DNA of 64,000 nt. It comes from Clostridiales bacterium GWD2_32_19 (GTDB lineage: Bacteria > Bacillota > Clostridia > Lachnospirales > UBA12420). Location: positions 203-64,202 of the forward strand of contig MGOU01000010.1 in assembly GCA_001795385.1 (NCBI GenBank). The letters run 5' to 3'. The notes beneath the pieces were generated by a model. The model was not told the origin of the DNA, searched no databases, and saw only the letters and a list, made by a program, of their open reading frames with translations. This document shows, piece by piece, positions 46,923 to 54,339 of the stretch (position 1 is the first letter of the stretch; every line of letters starts with the position of its first letter). A program made the translations under genes and the position numbers.

Positions 46923-46964
46923 AGGATAGTGTAGTATTTAGTACTATAAATATTTTACACTACC
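46923..46964 (+). repeat. family 2 hairpin repeat, copy 5, between xseA and xseB
   Basis: aggatagtgtagtatttagtactataaatattttacactacc; ends 24 nt before the ATG at 46988. Confidence 0.9.
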
Positions 46965-46987
46965 ATAGAAAGGAAGGAGATATAAGA

Positions 46988-47209
46988 ATGGAAAAGGAAA
47001 CGACATTTGAAAGTTCTTTAAAAGAGCTTGAAGGTATAGTGAAAAAGCTAGAAACAGGGGATGTAGAACTTGACAAGGCGATGGAATATTTTAAAAAAGG
47101 GGTAGAACTGTCTAAGTTTTGTCATGATAAGCTAACTGCGACTGAAGAAAGTGTAAATAAGATTTTAGCTGAAAATGGAGATTTAATAAAGTTTGCAATC
47201 AAGAACTAA
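46988..47209 (+). CDS. xseB: exodeoxyribonuclease VII small subunit
   Basis: FESSLKELEGIVKKLETGDVELDKAMEYFKKG. Confidence 0.92.
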   Translation: MEKETTFESSLKELEGIVKKLETGDVELDKAMEYFKKGVELSKFCHDKLTATEESVNKILAENGDLIKFAIKN

Positions 47210-47225
47210 TGATCGGGGTGAAGAA

Positions 47226-47825
47226 GTGGAACATTATTTTACTGAAAATACTGAAGTAGAGCATAATATAAAAGAAATGAAATTTGAGATAAATTATGAG
47301 AAATTTAGTTTTTCAACTGATAATGCAGTATTTTCTAAGGCTAGGGTTGATTTTGGTTCTGAACTTTTAATAAAGACAGTACTTAACGAAGAAACTAAAC
47401 CTGATAGTATACTGGATGTTGGTTGTGGATATGGGCCTATAGGGATAACTCTTGCTAGGTTTTATTTTGACGCTATTGTATGTATGTGTGATATAAATAA
47501 TAGAGCAATTGATTTGGCCCACGCTAATATAAAGAAAAACGACATAAAAAATGCAGAAGCGATAAATTCTAATATATATGGAGATATTAAAGGAAAGTAT
47601 GAACTCATAGTAACTAACCCACCTATAAGAGCAGGCAAAAAGGTTGTACATGAGATACTTGAAAAAGCGAAAGAACATCTAAAAGTAAACGGCAAAATAT
47701 ATGCAGTAATACAAAAGAAGCAAGGAGCAGAAAGTGCAAAAAAGAAACTAGAAGTAGCATTTGGAAACTGTGAGATAGTAGAAAAAAAGGCAGGTTTCTG
47801 GATACTCAGAAGCGTGAGAAACTGA
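47226..47825 (+). CDS. class I SAM-dependent methyltransferase (RsmC/YbxB-like small MTase domain)
   Basis: ILDVGCGYGPIGITLA (motif I) and NPPIRAGK (motif IV). A GTG start at 47226 after ggggtgaag is preferred over the tracked start at 47193. Confidence 0.8.
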   Translation: MEHYFTENTEVEHNIKEMKFEINYEKFSFSTDNAVFSKARVDFGSELLIKTVLNEETKPDSILDVGCGYGPIGITLARFYFDAIVCMCDINNRAIDLAHANIKKNDIKNAEAINSNIYGDIKGKYELIVTNPPIRAGKKVVHEILEKAKEHLKVNGKIYAVIQKKQGAESAKKKLEVAFGNCEIVEKKAGFWILRSVRN

Positions 47826-47910
47826 AATCTAAGAATAAACTTAAAACTACTTGAAAAAAAATGGATTATATGTTAATATTTCTTATATAATACTATTAGA
47901 ACAAAACAAG

Positions 47911-47935
47911 TTTGTACTTTGTTATTTGTACTTTG
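47911..47935 (+). repeat. family 3 direct repeat tttgtactttg x2 just upstream of the HIT gene SD
   Basis: tttgtactttg at 47911-47921 and 47925-47935. Confidence 0.85.
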
Positions 47936-47951
47936 AATTGGGGGTGATTGG

Positions 47952-48362
47952 GTGCAGGAAGAAGGATGTATATTTTGTAAAATAGTAAATGGTGAGATAC
48001 CAAGTATTACTGTGTATGAAGATGAGGAATTTAAGGTTATTTTTGATAAGTTTCCAGCAAATAATGGACATATGCTTGTTATACCCAAAGAGCATATTGA
48101 AAATATATTTGAAATAAGTGATGAGAAAGCAGCGAGAGCATTTGCTGTCGTTTCAGAGATGGCTAAGAAAATGCAGAAAAACCTTGAGTTTGAAGGTTTG
48201 AACATAGTTCAAAATAATGGCAGTGTAGCCGGACAGAGTGTGTTTCACTTTCATATCCACTTAATACCGAGGTATAAAGATGATGGAGTTAATGTTAGTT
48301 GGGAAAGTAAACAAGCAAATGATCAAGAATTAGAAGAGATTAAAAGGAGGATATACAAATGA
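47952..48362 (+). CDS. HIT family nucleotide hydrolase
   Basis: HFHIHLIP histidine triad and N-terminal CIFCKI. Confidence 0.9.
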   Translation: MQEEGCIFCKIVNGEIPSITVYEDEEFKVIFDKFPANNGHMLVIPKEHIENIFEISDEKAARAFAVVSEMAKKMQKNLEFEGLNIVQNNGSVAGQSVFHFHIHLIPRYKDDGVNVSWESKQANDQELEEIKRRIYK

Positions 48363-48772
48363 TGGTAGAAAATTTTATGACTAAAGAAGTGAAGTGTGTA
48401 GTAACTGAGGACAATATATTAAAAGCAGCAAAAATAATGGCAGAACTAAACATTGGTTGTGTACCAGTAAAAAATAATGATAAAGTAATAGGAATGGTAA
48501 CAGATAGAGATATCGTTATTAGGGGACTTGCATCTGATAAAGATTTATCAAAAATAAAATGTGAAGATGTAATGAGTCATACAGTTATGAGTATAGATAA
48601 AAATGAAAGTGCAGGAGTAGCTTTGAAATTTATGGCAGAACATAAAATAAGAAGACTTATGGTTACTGATAATGGTGAATTAGCTGGTGTTATTTCAATT
48701 GGAGACATTGCTGATAGTGAATTTTCTGTTGAAGACATAGGGAGAACGCTTTCAAAAATAAGTGAGAAATAA
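48359..48772 (+). CDS. CBS domain pair protein
   Basis: Two CBS-like units (MTKEV..V....ILKAAKIM.E.NIGCVPV; VMSHTVMSID...KIRRLMVTDNGELAGVISIGDI). Confidence 0.85.
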   Translation: MMVENFMTKEVKCVVTEDNILKAAKIMAELNIGCVPVKNNDKVIGMVTDRDIVIRGLASDKDLSKIKCEDVMSHTVMSIDKNESAGVALKFMAEHKIRRLMVTDNGELAGVISIGDIADSEFSVEDIGRTLSKISEK

Positions 48773-48813
48773 AGAGTAACACAAGATTACAATTATAATT
48801 GGAGGAGATTTAT

Positions 48814-49518
48814 ATGGATTTTAATAACATGAATAATATGAATAACAATAATAATCATGGTGTTTATCAAACAAGTTTTTCAGGTATTATGAATAAAGTG
48901 TATGGAATAATGTTTTTAGGTCTTTTGCTTACAGCAGGAATTGCATATGCAGTATCGAGTAGTCCTACAATGATGAATTTAATATATGAGAATATGGTAT
49001 TATTAATAGTACTAATAGTAGTTGAATTAGGACTTGTATGGTACCTATCGAGTAGAGTTCTTGAGATGAGTAGTGGTAAGGCAATGTTTATGTTTGGACT
49101 ATATTCTGCACTTAATGGAATTACATTAGCATATATATTTATAGTATATGATTTGGGTGCAATATATATGGCATTCTTCACAACAGCGATAACATTTGGA
49201 GTTATGAGTGTTTATGGATATTTTACTAAAACAGATTTGACTGGTATAGGTAAGATACTATTTTTTGGACTTATAGGTATAATAATAGCAAGTGTAGTTA
49301 ATATGTTTGTAGGAAGTTCACAAGTGAATTTATATATAAGTTATGCAGGTGTTATAATATTTTTAGGACTTACAGCGTATGATACACAAAAAATTAAAGA
49401 AGTATACTCTCAAGTTCCAAATGAAAATGTTGCAGTACTTGGAGCATTAACTCTGTATTTAGATTTTATTAACTTATTCCTAATGTTACTTAGAATATTT
49501 GGTATGAATAAAGATTGA
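48814..49518 (+). CDS. Bax inhibitor-1/YccA family membrane protein
   Basis: 7-TM layout with the C-terminal motif GALTLYLDFINLFLMLLRIFG. ATG 48814 after ggagg is preferred. Confidence 0.85.
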   Translation: MDFNNMNNMNNNNNHGVYQTSFSGIMNKVYGIMFLGLLLTAGIAYAVSSSPTMMNLIYENMVLLIVLIVVELGLVWYLSSRVLEMSSGKAMFMFGLYSALNGITLAYIFIVYDLGAIYMAFFTTAITFGVMSVYGYFTKTDLTGIGKILFFGLIGIIIASVVNMFVGSSQVNLYISYAGVIIFLGLTAYDTQKIKEVYSQVPNENVAVLGALTLYLDFINLFLMLLRIFGMNKD

Positions 49519-49555
49519 AAAACTGCAATAATTAATTTAAGAGGAGACTTTTGTT

Positions 49556-50629
49556 ATGAACAAAATAATATTTACTGGTGGTGGAACTGCTGGGCATGTA
49601 GTGCCTAATATGGTTCTAATATCAGAACTTAGTAAAGAAGGTTGGGATATAAACTATATAGGTAGTGAAAATGGTATGGAAAGAGAGCTTATAGAAAAGA
49701 TGGGCACACCATATCATGCCATAGCTACAGGAAAGCTTAGGAGATATTTTGATGTAAAAAACTTTACAGACCCATTTAAAGTAATAAAGGGAGTATTTGA
49801 AGCAGTAGGAGTGATAAGAAAAATAAAGCCAGATATCCTTTTCTCTAAGGGTGGATTTGTCTCTGTACCTGCAGTACTTGCTGGATGGTTAAATGGAGTA
49901 CCTGTCATTATACATGAATCTGACATGACACCAGGGCTTGCAAACAAAATATCAATGGCATTTTCAAAAAAAGTATGTGTTAACTTTCCAGAAACTCTAA
50001 GTTACATAGGCAAAAATAAAGCAGTGCTCACAGGAACACCAATGAGAGAAGAACTATTTAAAGGAAGCAAATTAAAAGGGTTTGAAATTTGTGAATTTAA
50101 TAAAGAAAAACCAGTTCTATTACTTATAGGTGGTAGCCAGGGTTCAAAAAAATTAAATAGTATTCTAAGGGACGGAATAAATGAGTTACTTGAAAAGTTT
50201 CAAATTGTGCATTTATGTGGAAAAGGCAATATTGACAAAGAACTAAGTAGTATAAATAGCTACAAACAGTTTGAATATTTAACAGATGAGTTAACACACA
50301 TATTTGCGATTACAGATATTGTTGTATCAAGAGCAGGAGCTAATACAATATATGAATTATTACAACTACAAAAACCAAATATTTTAATACCACTATCTGC
50401 AAAATCAAGTAGAGGCGATCAAATATTAAATGCAAAATCATTTCAAAAGCAGGGCTTTAGCATAGTTCTTGATGAGGATGAAATTACTACAAAAGATTTT
50501 GTGAACAAAATCTACGAACTTTATGATAATAGAGAAATATATATAAATAATATGAAGAAAAGTACATTGAAAGATGGAAAAGATGCAATTATCAGTTTAA
50601 TAAAACAAGAATCAAAAAAATCGAGCTAA
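49556..50629 (+). CDS. murG: undecaprenyldiphospho-muramoylpentapeptide beta-N-acetylglucosaminyltransferase
   Basis: GGGTAGHVVP N-terminus and the ...GGSQGS... and SRAGANTI motifs. Confidence 0.92.
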   Translation: MNKIIFTGGGTAGHVVPNMVLISELSKEGWDINYIGSENGMERELIEKMGTPYHAIATGKLRRYFDVKNFTDPFKVIKGVFEAVGVIRKIKPDILFSKGGFVSVPAVLAGWLNGVPVIIHESDMTPGLANKISMAFSKKVCVNFPETLSYIGKNKAVLTGTPMREELFKGSKLKGFEICEFNKEKPVLLLIGGSQGSKKLNSILRDGINELLEKFQIVHLCGKGNIDKELSSINSYKQFEYLTDELTHIFAITDIVVSRAGANTIYELLQLQKPNILIPLSAKSSRGDQILNAKSFQKQGFSIVLDEDEITTKDFVNKIYELYDNREIYINNMKKSTLKDGKDAIISLIKQESKKSS

Positions 50630-50644
50630 TGCTCGATTTTTTTG
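50613..50644. terminator. bidirectional terminator overlapping the murG stop
   Basis: A-run, atcgagc-taat-gctcgat, T-run. Confidence 0.7.
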
Positions 50645-50645
50645 A

Positions 50646-51890
50646 TTACATATATCTTCTACTTCTAAGTCTTGGTCGACATGAACGACAACCTGAAAAA
50701 TCATCCTTATCGTCGTCATCAAGATTAAAAGCAGATACAGCAGTTTTATAAGGTTCTCTTCTGCCGTTACAATTTATACAGTCTTCGTTACAACCACAAC
50801 CAAACTCACAATCATAACCACACATATTATCTTCGGTTATAAAGTGTTTGCCCTTTTCGCAGAAAATATCTTCCTCATATTCATCAGGCATATATAAATC
50901 ATTCTCGGGTAACATTTCATCATTTTCGTAAGCACCTCTCACATCCATGTTAGGTGAAACATTATTTTGGTAAGCACCGCTCACATCCATGTTAGGTGAA
51001 ACATTGTTTTGGTAAGCACCGCTCACATCCATGTTAGGTGAAACATTATTTTGATAAGCACCTCTTACATCCATGTTAGGTGAAACATTATTTTGATAAG
51101 CACCTCTTACATCCATGTTAGGTGAAACATTGTTTTCGTAAGCACCTCTTACATCCATATTAGGTGAAACATTGTTTTCGTAAGCACCTCTCACATCCAT
51201 GTTAGGTGAAACATTGTTTTGGTAAGCACCTCTCACATTCATATTAGGTGAAATATTATTTTCATAATTATCTCCCATGAAAAGAGGTTCGAAATCTTCA
51301 TCTTCCATGTCAAAATCATTTTCTATTGGTAGCTCTTTGTTTACACCTAGAACATTATTATCGTTTTCCATTGCTCTGTAGCTTATACAGAACCTTTTGT
51401 AATAGTTTTCAAGAATGTTATAATGCATAATTTCAGCTCTCAATATGGTGGTAAGTATCGTCTTAATGCGTGTATCTGCTATCTCACTTATTAATTTTCT
51501 ATATCCGTCAATACCAGCTTTTTTTAGAGACATATCAGATTTTAACATATCACAAATATTTTTCTTATAATCTACCAATTTAGCAGACCAATACTCTGAT
51601 TTATGATTGCTATATTTATACTCAGGGTCACCACCAAGCGTTATAATTAAGTCAGCAAGGATGTGCATATGTTCCATATCATCAACGTGTATTTCTTCTA
51701 CATCTTCTGCTAAATCTTTATTAACATCCTCATAAAAGTTTAAATGATACATATATTGCATAACCAGTGTAAGCTCGCTTACTTCACCAGCATAAATATT
51801 CATTAACATATCAGCATAATCTCTGTTTAAATCCATGGTATTTGCTTCTGGATTTATAGGTTTATTATTTGAAGTATAGTTGTCATACAT
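50646..51890 (-). CDS. ferritin-like diiron-motif domain, 8 x 14-aa tandem repeats and a Cys-rich tail (spore coat-like)
   Basis: N-terminal E(36/39), E73xxH76, E136 and E153xxH156 ligand pattern (GEVSE, MEHMH, LISE, AEIMH). Repeats are NNVSPNMDVRGAYQ/E x8. The tail has CEFGCGCNEDCINC and GCRSC. Confidence 0.7.
   Translation of the reverse strand: MYDNYTSNNKPINPEANTMDLNRDYADMLMNIYAGEVSELTLVMQYMYHLNFYEDVNKDLAEDVEEIHVDDMEHMHILADLIITLGGDPEYKYSNHKSEYWSAKLVDYKKNICDMLKSDMSLKKAGIDGYRKLISEIADTRIKTILTTILRAEIMHYNILENYYKRFCISYRAMENDNNVLGVNKELPIENDFDMEDEDFEPLFMGDNYENNISPNMNVRGAYQNNVSPNMDVRGAYENNVSPNMDVRGAYENNVSPNMDVRGAYQNNVSPNMDVRGAYQNNVSPNMDVSGAYQNNVSPNMDVSGAYQNNVSPNMDVRGAYENDEMLPENDLYMPDEYEEDIFCEKGKHFITEDNMCGYDCEFGCGCNEDCINCNGRREPYKTAVSAFNLDDDDKDDFSGCRSCRPRLRSRRYM
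50925..51260 (-). repeat. 42-bp in-frame tandem repeat, 8 copies
   Basis: The unit ggtgaaacattrttttsgtaagcaccgctcacatccatgtta recurs head to tail. Copies differ at a few positions, giving R/S and Q/E changes. Confidence 0.95.
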
Positions 51891-51981
51891 AAAAAATCCC
51901 CCCCTTTAATATGTTACCAGATACCGATACCACACGATAGTTGCAAAAATTTTAATGGTATTTGGTATTCGATTATCATTA

Positions 51982-52008
51982 TATAATATGTTAAATTATC
52001 AAAAATGT
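51982..52008 (-). promoter_or_regulatory. sigma-K-like promoter (AC-N16-CATATTATA)
   Basis: The minus strand reads ac-(16 nt)-catattata, about 90 nt upstream of the ATG at 51890. Confidence 0.35.
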
Positions 52009-52012
52009 TTAC

Positions 52013-52045
52013 CAATAAAAAAGCATCTCACTAAATGAGAGATGC
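52013..52045 (-). terminator. rho-independent terminator of the small Cys-rich gene
   Basis: The minus strand reads gcatctctcatttagtgagatgc followed by ttttttatt. Confidence 0.7.
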
Positions 52046-52057
52046 AGATGGGTATAT

Positions 52058-52234
52058 TTAATAATTATAATAATTGCCTCTAGCAAAAGGACAAGATGGA
52101 CGATATCTAATATCAATCTGATTGCAGTTAAAACAACAACAGTCATTAGGCCACACTAAACCAAAACTGGGATTAAGACCTTTAGTGCCTCTGCAACAGC
52201 CGCAACCTATATAATGTAAACCTAAAACATACAT
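52058..52234 (-). CDS. untracked 58-aa Cys-rich protein
   Basis: ggaggtgaaatt-ATG; hand translation MYVLGLHYIGCGCCRGTKGLNPSFGLVWPNDCCCFNCNQIDIRYRPSCPFARGNYYNY* (9 Cys); it has its own terminator. Confidence 0.65.
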   Translation of the reverse strand: MYVLGLHYIGCGCCRGTKGLNPSFGLVWPNDCCCFNCNQIDIRYRPSCPFARGNYYNY

Positions 52235-52308
52235 AATTTCACCTCCGAATTAGGGAATCAATTTAATGAATATGCTTGTACATATAGAGGGGGAATATCC
52301 TCTTACTA

Positions 52309-52336
52309 TATTATATGAAATAGGAGGTGAGAATGT
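52309..52336 (-). promoter_or_regulatory. sigma-K-like promoter (AC-N17-CATATAATA)
   Basis: The minus strand reads ac-(17 nt)-catataata, about 75 nt upstream of the ATG at 52234. Confidence 0.35.
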
Positions 52337-52491
52337 GAATATAGGGCATAGTTGAAATAAAATAATAATAAAAGATGATAAAAATTCAAAAATATAAAAT
52401 CATTAGTATGAAATACTAAAAAATGGTTATATTAATAGTAGTATAATTTTTAAAAATTGTGCATTATGCATTGAATACGAGGTGAATAAAT

Positions 52492-52806
52492 ATGACACAG
52501 CATCTTACAGCTGAAACATTTAATACGGAAGTAATGAATTCATCAGAACCAGTACTTGTGGATTTTTATGCTACATGGTGTGGCCCTTGCAAAATGATGG
52601 CTCCAGTGATAGAAGAACTAGCAGAAGAATTAAAAGGTGAAGCAAAAATATTCAAAGTAGACATAGACAAAGCACAAGAACTAGCTAGAAGATATAGCAT
52701 AATGAGCGTTCCAACATTTATGATATTTAAAGATGGAGAGGTAAAGGATCAAGTATTAGGTGCAGTACCAAAACAACAATTAGCGGATAAAATAAAGAAT
52801 AGTTAA
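52492..52806 (+). CDS. trxA: thioredoxin (second paralogue)
   Basis: WCGPCK active site, 104 aa. Confidence 0.95.
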   Translation: MTQHLTAETFNTEVMNSSEPVLVDFYATWCGPCKMMAPVIEELAEELKGEAKIFKVDIDKAQELARRYSIMSVPTFMIFKDGEVKDQVLGAVPKQQLADKIKNS

Positions 52807-52836
52807 CGGTGGCTATAAACAGCACCGTTTTTTTAT
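52804..52836 (+). terminator. rho-independent terminator
   Basis: aacggtg...caccgtt followed by ttttttt. Confidence 0.7.
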
Positions 52837-52850
52837 TTACTAGGAAAGTC

Positions 52851-52888
52851 CTCCGATTTGTCATTGCGAGGAACGAAGCAATCTCGTA
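52851..52888. repeat. family 1 repeat, half-copy E
   Basis: cctccgatttgtcattgcgaggaacgaagcaatctcg; only the left half is present. Confidence 0.7.
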
Positions 52889-52981
52889 TTTTCAAGCATA
52901 AAAATAAAAACGTGCTGGTTAAATTCATTTTTTATTATGTTTTTTGTAAGTTATAATATTGAAAAAAATGCATTTTTTTAC

Positions 52982-53009
52982 TTGCAAAAAATATATTTAA
53001 TGGTATAAT
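52982..53009 (+). promoter_or_regulatory. sigma-A promoter of the fab cluster
   Basis: TTGCAA, 16-nt spacer, tgg-TATAAT (extended -10). Confidence 0.65.
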
Positions 53010-53022
53010 AGAAAATATAAAA

Positions 53023-53039
53023 TAGTTTGATAGTCAAAC
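53023..53039. promoter_or_regulatory. FabT-type palindromic operator candidate 1
   Basis: tagtttgatagtcaaac contains GTTTGA-tag-TCAAAC (6+3+6 perfect) between the -10 and the fabI SD. Confidence 0.55.
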
Positions 53040-53061
53040 ATAATTTGGAGGTAAGGGCACA

Positions 53062-53832
53062 ATGAGTAAATTATTGGAGAATAAAAACATTATAATTATG
53101 GGAGTAAGAAATAAATGGAGTATTGCATGGGGTATTGCAGAGAAGGCAGCAAAAGAGGGGGCAAACTTGATATTTACATGCCAGTCAGATAGGTCGATAG
53201 AGATGACTAATAAGCTTATCAGTGAACTAGGGAATTTTGAGGTTATAGATTGTAATGTGTCATCAGATGAGAGTATAGAAAATGCATTTAGTATAATAAA
53301 AGAAAAGTATGGTATTATTCATGGTGTAGTACATGCGGTGGCTCATGCAAAAACAGAAGATTTGCAGAATGATTTTGTAATGACATCTAGGGATGGATTT
53401 TTGCATGCCCTTAATATAAGTGCATACTCACTTGTAGGAGTAACTAGATGTGCTAAAGAACTAATGACAGAAGGCGGAAGTATAGTAACACTTACATATC
53501 TTGGTTCAGAAAAGGTAATAAAAAATTATAATGTAATGGGTGTAGCTAAAGCAGCACTTGAGTGTAGTGTAAGATATTTGGCGAATGACCTTGGACGAGA
53601 TAATATAAAAGTAAATGCCATATCAGCAGGTCCGATTAAGACACTTGCTGCAAAAGGAATAAAAGATTTTAACACAATACTTGACATAGTTGAAGAAAAG
53701 GCACCACTAAGAAAAAATGTAACAATAGAAGATGTAGGAAACACAGCAACATATCTACTAAGTGAATTATCGACTGGGGTAACAGGTGAAGTAATACATT
53801 TAGATAGTGGATATAGTATAATGGGTCTGTGA
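53062..53832 (+). CDS. fabI: enoyl-[acyl-carrier-protein] reductase (NADH), FabI
   Basis: IIIMGVRNKWSIAWGIAEKA N-terminus and the SDR-like Y/K region ...YNVMGVAKAALE. Confidence 0.9.
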   Translation: MSKLLENKNIIIMGVRNKWSIAWGIAEKAAKEGANLIFTCQSDRSIEMTNKLISELGNFEVIDCNVSSDESIENAFSIIKEKYGIIHGVVHAVAHAKTEDLQNDFVMTSRDGFLHALNISAYSLVGVTRCAKELMTEGGSIVTLTYLGSEKVIKNYNVMGVAKAALECSVRYLANDLGRDNIKVNAISAGPIKTLAAKGIKDFNTILDIVEEKAPLRKNVTIEDVGNTATYLLSELSTGVTGEVIHLDSGYSIMGL

Positions 53833-53868
53833 ACAATGCATAATTAAAAGACAAAGTCGGTGGGTTGT

Positions 53869-54318
53869 ATGAAAAGTGAAGAGGTTAATACGCTTAATGA
53901 ATTGTTAGTTAAAAATTTTAAAGATATTTTAAGAACAGAAGAAAAGGTTTTAAATGATAAGGAAGAAACGAAAGAATTATCAATGAATGAGATACATACC
54001 CTTGAAATAATAGGAATAGATGGGCAATTAATAATGAGTGAGATATCTAGAAAATTAAGAATAACGATAAGCACTTTATCAATAACTATTAGTAGACTCC
54101 TAAAAAAAGGATATATTAAAAAAGTAAAATCAGATATTGATAGAAGGGCGATAAAAATAGGTCTTACAGGAAAAGGAATAATAGCGTTTAAAGCACACGA
54201 GCAGTTTCATAAAGAAATGATAGATGCTGTAATAAAAGAATTATCGATTGACGAATTCAAAGTAATAATTGAATTTTTAGGTAGAATAAATAAGTTTTTT
54301 TCTAATAAGTACAAGTAA
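53869..54318 (+). CDS. MarR family regulator (FabT-like by context)
   Basis: Winged-helix segment MSEISRKLRITISTLSITISRLLKKGYIKKVKSDIDRRA. ATG 53869 is preferred over the tracked GTG 53860. Confidence 0.8.
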   Translation: MKSEEVNTLNELLVKNFKDILRTEEKVLNDKEETKELSMNEIHTLEIIGIDGQLIMSEISRKLRITISTLSITISRLLKKGYIKKVKSDIDRRAIKIGLTGKGIIAFKAHEQFHKEMIDAVIKELSIDEFKVIIEFLGRINKFFSNKYK

Positions 54319-54339
54319 AATGATTGTAAGGAGAATATT

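Noticed and set aside
50925-51260. Regular 42-bp repeats, checked as a possible CRISPR array
   Set aside because: The units are contiguous with no spacers, in frame within a long ORF, and encode a 14-aa peptide repeat. No cas genes are nearby.
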